Shown: positions 26,473 to 41,400 of the stretch, in pieces
Layout of the letters: every line of letters begins with the position of its first letter
Numbering within the stretch: position 1 is the first letter of the stretch
Assembly: GCA_003344405.1 (NCBI GenBank)
Contig: NOWV01000104.1
Location: forward strand, 1 to 64,000
Direction: 5' to 3'
Length of the DNA stretch: 64,000 nt
Source: Trichoplax sp. H2
Lineage: Eukaryota
The notes under the pieces: generated by a model
Seen by the model: only the letters and a program-made list of their open reading frames with translations
Told to the model about the DNA's origin: nothing
Databases searched by the model: none
Position numbers and translations under genes: made by a program

Positions 26473-29400
26473 TTATTCGTTGCTGCTAATCATGCGACTA
26501 ATAAGTTCATCGTGATGATCGGAACCGGAGTCAGATTCATCAGAGCTACTGCTATCATCACTATGATCGATTTCAATTCTCTTAGCTGCAGGTAAACGTC
26601 TGGAAATAATCGCATCAATTCGATCTCTTGCATTACTTTTATCTGCTTCAGGTGCATCAGATTCATCTGATGATTTTGATGAATCAGAAGAAGATGCAGA
26701 AGAATTTGAACTATCATGATTTTCTTGATTATTCTCTTGCTCTTCCTTTGATATCGGAACTTCAGCGAGCCCCTCTAAACTACTATCGGTTTGTTTAATA
26801 TCTTGTTCTACATTGGGATGCTGTTTTTGATTTATCTCTGGGACATCCTTAGATTCACCTACAGCAATATTAGAATTCTCACTACTTTTTCCATAACCAT
26901 GCTCCTTTTCATTTATTTTTAGAACTTCTTTAGGTTCATCTACATTATTATTCGCCTGCTCACTACCTCTTCCATTACCTTGCTCATCTGTCGACTGCTC
27001 CATATTCTCAGGGCTTTGAATACTGGCTCCCTTTTTGGACAATTGCTGATAGACATCATCTACAATTTCTGGTTCACTTTTAATTTGTTTCGCAGGTTTT
27101 TCATTTAGCTCTTCCTTCAAAAGTTGTGGCGGAGAGTGACTTATCGAAGATGTAGTTAGCGTAGGTTGTTCTTGAGCCTCTTCTTCGTTGCTGCTGCTAT
27201 TTTGTTCGTCATCGCTATCATCATCGGACGATTTGTCTGAGCTATCGTTATTGTTATCAGGTTTATCCTCACTTGATGATTCATCTGAACTATCACTACT
27301 GTTATCAGGTTTATCCTCACTTGATGATTCATCTGAACTATCACTACTTCTTTCATCTAGTTCCTCTTCCTTTGGTGGTGGTGCTTTAACTACTATATAG
27401 TATCAAAAAATCACAGCACTATCATTAATATCCTATAAATTACCGTTTATACTCTTCTTTTTCCTACTATAACAAACCTTTCGCCTCAAAATCTTTGACA
27501 GAATCCCCGCAATTATCGTCGCTATGCGATTGTTCTGTAGATTTAGATTCATTAGAACTACTATCATTATTCACTTGATCGCTACTGACTTGTTTTGATG
27601 TTGTTCCTACACCAGCTGGATCGATATTAGGATTAGATATAGCACTATTGTTGTCCTGCTGAAATATTGGAATGAATTACAAAGAGTTATAATGAAATTA
27701 ACCCGTACACTCAAATTTCTTCTTAGCAACTAAATTAACGATATCTTCAAATCTTTCTTCAAAATTTTAGCTTCCAGAAAGAGATTTAAGTATTACCATA
27801 GCTGCAAAATTTAATCGCATACGTAATTTTATGATATCCAGGACTGGAAGTATCTCTGTATCAATCTCTGATACAACGAGCACAGTAAAATTTAAAGTAT
27901 GCTGCTCTACTCCTGAATTTTTGATAGTTATACTAATATATAATTTAATGGTAATACCAATGGTAACCCATCCTCTAATTACATTTATGCAATATTTCTA
28001 ACCTCGTCCATATCAACTTCAGTTGTACGAGTTTGGTCAATTTCAACATATTCTTGCTCACTTAGATCATTCAGTGTCGGAGTAGAATAGAGTTCTAGAT
28101 AATTTCCATCAACGGCGTCTTCATCGTCACTACTGGCGTTGTCTTCTATAATAGTGCTCTGTTTCAATGTAAAGATAAACAGTTTTGTAGACATTCTAAA
28201 ATTTGTATGATTTTTTTTGTTACTGAGTAAACGGACATGGTTTTGAGTTAGCTTAATGATTTACTGCGGTATCTAGCTGCTATAACTGCAAAATAGCAAA
28301 GGAAATTAAAAAATATAGATCGCTTAGCGGTGCAGTAGACAAACCGTAATTGAGAATGCTGTAAACGTAAACTGGATATCTACTGGTATAACACAATATA
28401 TTAGTTTACTGTTCTTAGAAATTATAAATGAAAACGCAATTTGAACAGCATATTTAGGCAGTAACGAAACCGAGTATTAAATACATTCTTTCATTGTTAT
28501 TTGCAAAAATAATAGTCGCATCTAGAAGAAAGAAACTCGTTCTACAATAGATATAAATGCGTATTACCAATATATAGCAAAATGAGCAAAAATTTTATTT
28601 TATAACTGCAAATAACGGAATATAAGAAAATTTAAAGAGATAATCAAATTTCGTTTATGTTTAACTCACTATAGACCAAGCTTAAAAATACTGTAGATTT
28701 GGTAGACGGACTTAAATTTATATCACCTTGGATTTTTTTCCAATAAAATATTTACAAATTTAATTAAAAAGTTTAGCATTAAATTTTATTGAGTTAATTT
28801 AGCTATGTTACCTCAATAACTTCCGTGTCTGTCACTGCCGTATCATTATTTGTTGAACTTAGCTGATGATTTCCTCTCTGTAGATGATTTTAATAATATA
28901 TTTAAGCACAGTATAATTTAAATTCTGTCAGTTTTACTACCTCTATATTCTCCTCTAATAACTATCTGATATAGGTATTCATACACGATTTAATATAAAT
29001 TTAATGCAATCAACATTTCTACAAGTTAAATTATGTTATCTCATACGTAGCTTGTTATAGAAGGGCTGTCTAAGCTAATGCATATAAGGTATAAGTTAAC
29101 GTTACATATAATAATTACTATCCCGTATTTTGTGCGCAACGTATGTTACGAGATCAATAACCGATTGCATTACCTCAGCATTTCCTTGTTTTATTGTTAC
29201 TAAACTGTGGCTACTTTCTCGGCCACTATTGACTTGCTGGCTATCCGATGTCGTTGTACCTTCACTAAGACTGTCATCTTGCATAGCTGCTGGATTAAAA
29301 TGAGCCAATGGCGCATCAGCTTCTTCATCCCTGTCAGCTTCATGAAGCATGGTAGTACTCTATATAAAGAAATTGTCTCAGAGAATTGTGAAGAAATTTA

Positions 29401-32400
29401 CACAAGTAATAGAGCAATAAGCAATTTATGCTGCGACTAAAGGTGTAAGTTATTTTATTTACCGTATAATTGAGGTTTTCGATAGCTAATGAATAATGAT
29501 GATTGTCTAAATAAGATTTGATATCAATAAGGTGTTGGTATGTTGAAAAGACAAAGTACATTAAGTAAATCAGGATATTATAGCAATTAATGGATAGGAT
29601 GAAGAAATATTGCATATACTTGTACTTAATGATTTTATACCATACCTTCTGGATCATCTATAGGCTTGGCTTGCTTTAATGTTGGCATCATGTAATCTTG
29701 AGTCTTACTATTATTCATTTGATGTTTCTTGGTACATGGTAAACGAAGACCGCTACCAATGATTAAATTATAGCCAGTTTAATTATTTAGTTAAGTAAAA
29801 TGAGTCCCTTTTCGTAAAATACATTAAGTTCTTTTGTAATAAAAGTAAAATACTTACTTTCGACGACGACGGTAGAGATAAACTGCAAACAATATTACTA
29901 AAAACACAGTAATAGTAGTAAAAACCGAGACAACAGCAGATACAGTAGGAGATGCAGCATTTGCAACTTGTCCTGGACAACTATCTGTTATTTATATTAA
30001 ACAGTATTATTAAAATGCTCGCAATTTGCAAAAAACGTTTAATAGCAGTAGTTAAGTACAAAAATTAAGAAGTCTATATTTGTCTAAGATTACTCCATAT
30101 ACATATTACTATCCACATACTTAATGTGTAATTTTTAGTTACGTCGAACTGATATTCAGCCTTGATAGCATTTGCTGCAATTGCTGTAATACCAAAAGTG
30201 TAACTAAACCCTGCCCTGAGCTGTGGAATTACAGCATTCCTAGCTGTTGACAACAACCTTCTGCTAGACCACACAATGTGTGAAGTGATTTTCCAGCGAA
30301 GAATGATAGCTGTTACAGGGTCGTTATTGATATTAGTTAACTGCCAAACAGCTGTAACTGTCGTGCAGTTGTGAGGCTCGATGGTTATGCTACTGATAAC
30401 CGGAATTTGTTCTATTACATAAGACAGATGGAAGAAAGTTGTGTTATAAAAATTAATGCTACAAATATTTCAAATGTTTACAACTGTAAAGAATACAAGA
30501 ACAGAAGTTATTATATAAAAATAATCTTCCGTTCACAGTTATGTACTACTATACGCACTTGGTTGGCATGTGTATCCATTAACTCCATCAATACAGTTTT
30601 CATTTCGCAAGCAAGGATATGATGCACATTCGTTGATATCCGACTGGCAATATATCCCAGTATAGCCAGAAGAACAACTACAACGATAACTATTGATTAA
30701 ATCCAAGCAAATTCCAAAGCTGCAGGGTGAGCTAGCGCATTCATTAATGTTGATTTGGCAGAAGGTACCGCTGTAACCTGCACTACAACTACAGTTATAC
30801 TTGTTGACTAAATCTATGCAATAAGCATTGTTAAGGCAAGGATTAGATGCGCATTCATTGATATTAATAGTACACTGGGCGCCAGTGTAACCGTTTTTGC
30901 AATTACATGAGTAGCCATTTGCTAAATCGATACACGTTCCACCACTAGCGCAAGGCTGGCTCTGACATTCGTTGATATTGGTTTGGCAACTTGCACCAGT
31001 AAATCCAGTTCTGCATGCACAACTATACGAGTTTATTAAATCACTACATGTACCTAAATTCATACAGGGTTCTGACTGGCATTCATTAATGTTACTTTGG
31101 CAGCGATCACCATCAAAGCCAGGATAGCATGAACAATTATAGCGATTAGGTAGATCAACGCATATAGCAAGGTTCTGACATGGACCACTTGCACATTCGT
31201 TAATGTCAGTTTGACAAATACCTCCTGTATAACCAGATCGACACGAACAGGTATAACCATTAACAATATCGCTACATATTCCAGAATTTTGGCAAGGATT
31301 ACTTTGACACTCGTTAATATCAGTCTGGCATGTAATTCCAGCATAGCCCAATGCACAAGAACAATTGAATCCATTTACAAGATCCATACAGTTTCCAGAA
31401 TTTAGGCAAGGAGAACTTGCACATTCGTTAACATTGGTCTGACAGATTACTCCAGTATATCCTGCTACGCACTTGCATCTGTAACCATTGACAGAATCTG
31501 TGCAGGTTCCCCCATTCATACATGGTAGGCTTACACATTCATCAATATTACTCTGACAATAGATGCCGGTAAAACCGCTACGACAGGTACAACTATAGCC
31601 ATTAACAAGATCATTACAGGAACTACCATTGATACACGGACTAGATCCACATTCATTAACATTGATTTCACAATGTGTGCCAATAAATCCAGCTTCGCAA
31701 GTACAGTTATAACTGTTAATTAAATCTAAGCAAGTACCGCCATTAATACAAGGACTACTACCGCATTCATGAATGTTAGTTTCGCAGTTTTTACCAGTAA
31801 AGCCAAACATGCAGGCACATTTATATTGATTAGGATAATCATAACAAATTCCACTATTAAGACATGGATTGCTATCGCACTCCATTAACTCTGTTTCGCA
31901 GCGATCGCCAGCATAGCCAGGCAAGCATGTGCAATTGTATGCGCTAACCTGATCGACACATGTAGCATTATTGAGGCACGGAGTAATACTGCATTCGTCG
32001 ATGTTGATTTCACAATCATATCCAGTAAAACCTGCAGCACAGCTGCAGTTATAGTTATTGATTAAGTCGAAGCATGTGCCTTCGTTGATGCACGGCATGC
32101 TATCACATTCGTTGATATCAATTTTGCAAAGTGAGCCAGTATATCCAGGCATACATGAGCAATTGTAGCTATTAATGTCATCAATACATATACCTTCATT
32201 CATGCAAGGATTAGACTGGCATTCATCAATATTCGTTTGGCATAAAGTGCCCATATATCCATTTAAGCATGTGCAGTTATATCCAGCCACTAAATCAGTG
32301 CAACTAGCATCATTTTGACAAGGATTACTGAAACACTCATCAATATTGACTTCGCATATGGAACCGGTATAGCCAGAAATACATGTACAATTATATCCGT

Positions 32401-35400
32401 TAACAAAATCATGACATATACCACTGTTAAGACAAGGATTACTGTCGCATTCATTAACATTTAGTTCACAATCAGTCCCCGTATAACCAGCTAAACAAGA
32501 GCAATTATAGCCATCAATACCATCGATACAGGTGCCTGTAATCTCACAAGGATTACTAGCACATTCGTTCATATTCGTTTCACAATGATCTCCAGTAAAG
32601 CCAGGCATACAACTACACTGATATTCATTGATAAGATCCATGCACTGGCCGTTATTAATACAAGGTTGGGAAGCACATTCGTTAATATTTGTTGAGCATA
32701 TATTACCACTGAAACCAGCTTGACAAGTACAGGTATAGTTATTAATCCTATCAGTACAAGTTGCATTATTCAAACATGGACGGGAATTACACTCGTCGAT
32801 ATCTACAAATAAAAACATTCCGGAAAATTCATTAATTTACCCGAACATTAGCTGCCCTAGACTTGCCTTATAAATTACACAATCATTATCTACAAAGCTG
32901 GCTAACTGACTTGTATTAGCTGATGAGACTTATATTAATGTTCGACAATACGATACATGATATAACTGTGAATGTTGCATAGGTGCGCCATAACTCAAAA
33001 GAACTAGCTGGTCAACATCTGCCTTACTACAGTAATTTAATTCGTAACAATAACTGGCACCAAGTTTATCAATCCTGCCATAAATAATGTAAGGTTTTAA
33101 TTGATGAATTAAACTACATCAGCCGATATGCAACTCTTTGCAAAATCAAAAATATCTGAATTTGTAAACAATCATTAGAATTCTATATTCACTAGCGAAT
33201 GTTTAAACCTGTCTTCTTACTTATTTCACATTGATCCCCTCTAAAGCCAGCAGCACAGGAGCAATTATAATGATTTGGTGCTGAATTTATACAGGTGGCT
33301 TCATTTAAGCAGGGGGAAAATCTACAACGATTAATATCTATATCGTATAAAACAGACGAAGTATGCTAGATTTAGTATAATTAAAAATAATAAACAACAC
33401 CATATCTTCAGTTAAGAAAAAATCAAACAAGATTCAAAGTTTTAAATACTCTCTGTTACCGTCTTGACAAGTAAATCCAGACCAATTATCCGTACAATTG
33501 CACTGAAACGCATTCAACAAATTGATGCACTGGCCGCCATTTTGGCAGGGCTGATGGTGGCATTCATTGACGTCTATCCGTAGAATAGCATTAGTTAGTA
33601 AAGATGCTTAAAAAAATCCACTTTTCCACAAAATACTAATAACCGGCACTATAAATAATTTATTTAGCATAATAGCAGACTGACCGTATTCACAATCAGT
33701 CCCGTTATATCCAGGTATGCAATCACATCGATATTGATTGGCTCCGACATTAACACATGTTCCACCATTTTGACATGGGGTGATTCTGCACCTGTTATGA
33801 TCTAATGAAAAAGTGTATGAAATAAATTTATCTTTGATCAGGTCTAAATAAATATTTTTCGGCCTTAGTGTGTTGTAGAAACATCTTAGATTCCTAATTA
33901 AACCATGAATTCATCTTAGAGGGGTACACTAATATAAATTTTAGTCGGTTAGCATAGCTAATGATAGAACTACTGTTAACAGCAATTGTAATATTGTCAT
34001 TGAATTTTATTCTCCATTTTATTGGGACTAGTAAATTATAATTCATTTCGTATTACTGTTATTAAATTATTCAGCTGGATTCTAGGCAGTATTCTAAAGT
34101 TACTGGGCTATTGGATCGTAATGTATAAGTCTGATAAAAAAAAAATAATTGCCCACCAGATCAACATTTAAGTACCAGTGCTGCTTAATTTATTCTGTAT
34201 TTACAAGCTGTAATATTCAACGTGATATAGGGCTTGATTAATCCAGGCAAACGTTGATCTGGTGTTAATATTTTTGCTATGAAAATTATCCGCATTAGTA
34301 GTCAAAGTACTGAACTTGTATAGTTTCCTACTTCAGGCGCTATAAACAATATCCTGTTCGGACCACGAAGTTTATAGAACTACATCATGCAGAAGCTGCC
34401 AATTCTAGAAATACACACTCATACAATATAAATGATGGCCTAACAAAAGCGTAAGCCAGAAAATTTTTCTGGCTAATTCTATAAACTACATATCTTAGCC
34501 TCATTTTTCCATTATCGCAAATAAGTTCAGTTTCTTATCACTTACCGTGTTCGCACTCAGTTCCATTAAAGTTATCAAGGCATACGCAGACATAACCATT
34601 AATACTATCCGAACAAGTTGCATTATTAGAGCATGGATTAGAAATACACTCGTCAATATCTATAAGATGGCAATAGTTATAGATATGTTAGGATATAAAT
34701 AATTGAAGTCATAGGCTTGCATAGTAGCTATCGATAACATAATATTGAATTCAGTCAAATAAGTCTAAAATTACTCGTTTCGCAGAGTGATCCCGTAAAT
34801 CCGGCTTGGCAAGAGCAGTTATAACTGTCTGGGAAAATATTACTACAAACGCCTTGGTTCAAGCATGGCCTTAAACGACATCGGTTATTATCTGCAAAAA
34901 GTGCCGTAATCAGATAAACAGCGTTACTATTGCTTCAGAAATATATAGATGCTGTGCAATCCGTAATTTCCTGACTTAAAATTATACAAATTTAACTGAA
35001 CATGGTCTCATAAAAAATACTGCTTATGAATAAATTATCCAGAAAGTAGGAGTAATACCCTTCTAAGAGTAGATATATAGCACTTATATCGCTATATGCC
35101 TAGAAAATGATCTCATAATTAATCGTTGATTGTTACAAATTAAAGCCTAAAGAAAGTATTTTTGGAGACAATTCTTAAACCTCAATACAGCAGTTGTTAT
35201 AAAATTCTACAAACTCAAAGTCTTTTTGTTTTGATATGGAAATAAACGTTATATAATTAATACCCACTAATTAAAGAAAATCGGTTCAGATTCGAGAAAC
35301 TCGAGCACAAAGGACAAGTGTTTTATGAATAATTGCTTACTACAGCGATAACATCCTTACCATATTGGCAGTTTCCGCCGCTATAATTTGTACGACAAAC

Positions 35401-38400
35401 GCAATCATTGCCATTAGCACAGTAACCATTTCCTAAATAGAAATAATTTGATATTTAATTGAATTTTAAAATACTATACTGTATAGCAGCATAAATTTGT
35501 GTAGAATATTACCAGTACATCCATCTTTTAACACACAGCTGGAGCACGTATTTCCGGACCATCCGCTGTTACAACTGCAATTTAGTTTAAATAAGAAATA
35601 GATACCAGTATAACCATTAGCCAACCAAAAATGTTTTATTCGAAATGTTATTAATGAAATACATCGTTTTTTTTAACGTTTTGAAACATACTAGCATTGG
35701 CCAGGTGAATTTGTGCAGTTAGCATGAGATAAATCACAGCCTGTTCTACAAATTGCTTTAAAAATATCAAAATAGCTCTTATTATACAAGTTATAAATAA
35801 ACATTTTTAGCCAATACACAAGAAGATAAAATTTGATTCATAAATAGCAAATGCTAACATAACGCCTTTATTGCTTATATTCTGTACCTGTTTGACAGCT
35901 TGAACCTGTCCATCCTGGTACACAAGAGCAATTGTAGTAATCAATAAAATTATTACATGTAGCCCCATTAAAGCAAGGCGTCGATGAGCATTCATCAATA
36001 TCTAGAGCAATCAACATTATACAAAGGCTTTAGATAAAATTATACTGTGAATACTTTTTTACTATTTCCTTAGATTTTAATATACCGTGCTATTTCCATT
36101 AATACTACCCTATTTTATACGTGACTTAAACCAAGAGTTTACAGCTTAACAAGATTAAGTTTGCATTCTGTTTGTCATACGCTGGTACAGAAACTTACCT
36201 GTCTCGCAAATTTTTCCAGTATATCCTTCTACACATTTACATTGATATGTATTAATTGCTTCATTTATGCACGCGCCATCATTTTTACAGGGATTACTAC
36301 GGCATGGATTTAAATCTAATGTAGTTGAATTAACATATGCTTAGTTCACATCTATAAATGATAATTCAACTAATCAGTGCATTTTTACAGGCAATACCGA
36401 TTGATCAGCTCTCAAAATTGATCTTAAAATTTAATAGTAAGCGCAAACGAGATGCTGATTCTAAAATAGAAAATCTTAACAAATCATATTTACCATTTTC
36501 GCAATTAGCACTTGTATAATTTGATAGGCAATCACAAGTATAATTAAATGGCCCTTCATAGGAACATATTCCTCCATTAAGACATGGTCGACTTACCCTA
36601 CAGAGATTCATATCTGCAGTAAAACAAGACGAATTATTTATCGCGACTGATGTTTTAGAATTACTGATTATGGTGATCACTGGATAAAAAATAACCTACC
36701 AGTTGCACAATGAATGCCAGTATATTGCGGTAAGCATTGACAAGTGTAGTAATCAATAAGATTATTACATGTTGCGCCGTTTATACAGGGACTTGATGAA
36801 CATTCATTAACGTCTGTAATTTAATTAGAGTAACAGCATGACGTTAAGTTAACTTTTAGCATCTCAGAAATTAATCAATGAACTATTTAACTAAATTTTA
36901 TTTAAATTTCTAAGCTATGACTGGTGGGTAGTTTTCAAATTAGTTACGATAAAGTAGAAGCAATCGAAAGCTAAAAATAGCGATAACGATTATTATCATT
37001 TGTAAATTTATTAGAGTAACGTAGGACATTAGCTTAACTTTGCTCTTGAAGAAATTAATCATTAAACTAATAAACTATATTTTACTTCATTTGCAAATCT
37101 ATGGTGGACAGGTAATTTCAAAGGAGTTACTGTACAGCAGAAAAAATCTAAGCATAAGATAATAATAATATTAACTATTGTCGCCTATCTGATAACATCT
37201 GTACTATAACTAAATTCATGTGGAATGTGTTTTTAATTTAATTCACAATAAAATCGTATAAATTTTACATAGAATATTTAATTTCGATAGAGCTATTCTC
37301 ACCTGTTTCACAGTTAGTGCCCGTATAACCTGGGAGGCATGAGCATCTATAGTGATAATTGCCGAGGTAATTGCAACTGCCTCGATTTTGACAGGGCGAC
37401 ATGGTTCGGCAAAGATTGGAATCTTTAACATCACATATATAGAAAGCAAATAGTTTACATCAATTATATTATAAGCTAAATGAATGGCGAAAATTACATT
37501 TTATTCAAAATATCGACTAAATAATGCTTAGCATTAATTCAATAACTATATACATATATGTTACGGTGTAGGTATGTGGCGATGGCATCGTATACGCTAT
37601 CAACCAGATTAAATTGTTATTATTCCAAAATTACTTCAAGTTAATTACATCAATATCCAAAATGGAAGTATAACATCACACGCATTATTTATATATTTAT
37701 TTTTTCTATCATCCGAATCTAAAAGTTAACTTATAAAGCGCGCATACCATTTTCGCAGTGAGCTCCTGTAAACTGTTCTGGACAAAGGCATGTATAACCG
37801 TTAATATTATCCATACAAGAAGCATTAGTATGTTGACAAGGATTTGAGGAACATTCGTTGATATCTATGAGATTTAAAAATTAAATGAGACTTTTTACTT
37901 TAAGCATACTAATTTCGAAGAGTTAAATTTCATAGTAAATGTAAAACATGTAGTACGTATAATGTGCTCCAATAGCATTAATTATATCTTGATATTATAA
38001 ATTTCTTTGAATTAAACTAATCAAACTCATTATATGAAAGTTATCTCTTCGCTGCATCGTGCCAAAAGCTATATCACACCAGAATTTTAATGCATTAAAA
38101 ACTTCATTGACAAAATATCATCTTTTGAGTATAATTATCAAAATTATGATTTGTGAGAAATTTTATAGATAAATTCTAAAGATGCATATGTCACTAAAAC
38201 AACATTTAGACAAATTAGCAAATTTGTAAATGAGGTCAATAATCATAATGAAAATCGACTAATCTAGATACATAAATTCACAATACTAGTTTAACTCAGT
38301 TTAATTTCGAACTCTATGAGACTGTCTCGTTAAAATAATATTTCAATCAAGAGCTGTCTTCATTTAAACAAATATCCACTAGGAATGGTTATTTTATATA

Positions 38401-41400
38401 TCTATCAATATATCTTCAACAAGTGACTACCTATACCAAACCAGACTTAAATTTTAATGGAAGTTATTCAACGTGAAATCTAATTAGTCAATTGCTATGA
38501 TCACAAGTGAATTTTCTTAATAAATTATCAAATTTTACTGCAGAAATTTAATTAACCTAGCATAAAATACATAAAATATATATTTAAAGGAGCTTCTAAT
38601 CTAAGAAAGAGCATTATATCTAAATTGACGGCGAATAACTCAAATTGAATAATAATACGGTGCAATTCCATGAAATACGCATTTTATTGACATTTAATAA
38701 GTAGATTAATTACCTGTACCGCAATGCAGCCCAATATACCCAGGGACACATGAACAGTTATAACCATTCAATTGATCGTTACAAGTTGCGCCATTTAGAC
38801 AAGGGTTAGAGTCACACTCATCGATATCTGTCCAATTATTACAATAGAAACAATAAAATTAACAAATATACTATAATAAAGCTGAAGACGTGCTTACATA
38901 ATGGCTAACTTAAAGTTTTAATTGTCTATTATTTGGTATAAATCCAATATGCTTTGACTCTATGAATTGAAGATAGCACTTACTTTGTTGGCAGTTCTTG
39001 CCAGTATATCCAGTAATACATGTACATTGATAATTAAAAGGGCCTGTAGAAATACACGTTGAGCCGTTTTGACAAGGATTGGCTTTTCGACATTGATCAG
39101 TATCTGATACGGCGATAATTTAGGGAGATATTAACAAATTTCATTGATGCATTAGGTTAACAGAGCTTTAACAAGAAATTTTAAAAATACAGACAGTCAA
39201 GGAAGTGCAGCATAGTCAAAGATTATCACTAAGGTATCTTGATATTAAGATGAAAAATAATATTTCCACAATAATACCATTATCACAATGGATTCCTGTC
39301 CAGTTTGCGGGACAATTACAGTTATATCCATTTATTTTATCTACACATGTAGCATTCTCATGTCGGCAAGGATTTGAAACACATTCATTAATATCTATAT
39401 CAAATAAGCATGAAAAATGATCACTATTTTAAAGGCACAGTTCTCTAATGTAATTAATTTATAAAATTTTGTGATCAGAAGACCTATCAATTACTATAAA
39501 TAAATGAAACTATCGATTATAAGTAGGCAGAAAACTAACATAGTTTTCAGTATCTTAAGATAATCTAAATGGAGCACATTTATGTCTGGTAATTGATACA
39601 TCTAGTTAGAACTAAAATCGCCAAATAGATCTATGATGACGTTAGAACTTCTGTCTTAATGTGATAGCTACTACATATTAATTATTCTTATTCTACCAAT
39701 TTTTTTAATTTAACCCAACATTATTGATAGTATTATAAAATTATATAAAATACTTAATATAACTATAGTGTAGTTCTTATCTTAAACTCAGACAATTGCA
39801 TAACAACTGGCAGTAATTGGAAAGTCTAGCTGGCAGAAAGGTAAAATCGGCAAATTTTATCAAATATTTTCACTCTTTAACTATTTATTGATAATTACAT
39901 ATTGTAGTGAATAGGCTTTTATAGGTATAGCGGATTGTTCTACTCTCTAATGCTACCATAATTTATGTAACTACTGTAATTAGCTGAAATCACTACTCTT
40001 ACGAGAGGAAAAAGTTAATTTAAATAAAATATGTTCTACATAATCTAACGAAAAGTATTAAATTTGAAATCTTTGGTCCGCATTCATTTATACTATTGCC
40101 ATATCTATCAGACAGACAAATTACACTTACTCGATTCGCAATGAATGCCACTATACCCAGGTTGGCATGAACAGGTATATCGTAAAGGGAAATTATTGCA
40201 TGTTGCATTATTCTGGCAAGGATTGGAGTTGCATTCATTAACATCTGCGTATTAGAGTAGAAATTGTTATGACAATTTCGCAGAAAATCAGAATGAAATG
40301 GTAATATTACTTAAGAGTAAATACGAATAACCTTCTTCTCAAGATATTTTAACAAGTTATAATAGCAAAATTCTGTGTACATTGCATGCTTTACCTTGTT
40401 CACAATTTATTCCTGTGTATTCTACTGGACAATTGCAATAGTAAGTATAGGCTCCAGTTACTGTGCAAACACCACCATTTTTACAAGGTGAAGTAAGTCG
40501 ACATTGATTCGCATCTAAATTTTATTTTGGATTATGATTAGTAATGGATAAACCAAAATTAAATGCCTTCATAATTCTTAGCCATTGCTTGGCTGTTTTC
40601 AAAGCTCAGCCAATTTTTTCATAAGATACCTGTTTCGCAAAGAGTTCCTGTCCAATCGAGAGGGCACTTACATAAATATCCATCAACTTGATCTATGCAA
40701 GTTGCATACGGATGTTGACAAGGATTGGAAGTGCATTCATTAATATCTAATCACAAATAAATTAATTGCATTAGGTTGTAATGTAATTACTATTTTATGA
40801 CTACATTTAATCTGGAGTATTAGAGTTTTTCAGTTTAAAACATAAAAACATGGTGAATTCATATTTCAGCAAAATTGTACTTGTCTGGCAAGCAGAACCC
40901 GTAAAACCATTTTTACAAGAACAAGTATACGAATTAAGTCCGTCTTTACAAGTTCCACCATTGGAACACGGAGTTCCAACGCAGTCATTGATATCTATAA
41001 CAAAAGTAAACATAACCATAAGGTAAGAAGTATATTATTAACGCAAACTTTAAAAGTAGTAGCCAGATTTTATCGTTATCTTATGGTTATGTGAAATGTG
41101 AGCGATGGTTTGTATTCCTTTCATTTATCCAGCACTGCCAGTCAGAAATAAGAAGTTTATATCATAACTCACTTTGACTACAATTTTGACCAGTATATCC
41201 TGTAGCACAAGTACAATTATAGGAAGCGAGGCCAAGATATTTACAGGTAGCGCCATTTTGACATGGCGAATATGCGCGGCAATAATCGCCATCTGTTAAA
41301 ATAAGGAAAATATGTATTCATCTATTTTTTGATGGCAAGATATTGTATCTACTTGCATCAGTTTACAGTAAATTGAATATACCAGATATTTTTTTATATA

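Noticed and set aside
30539-32818. Calling the 759-aa EGF ORF (or the 642-aa ORF at 17111-19039) Notch, fibropellin or Crumbs
   Set aside because: No LNR, ankyrin, CUB, avidin or LamG domains seen. These ORFs are internal exons of MNNL-containing genes.
34455-34475. Short hairpins (also ~47455-47476 and ~49143-49162)
   Set aside because: Arms of 8-9 bp are expected by chance in AT-rich 64 kb.
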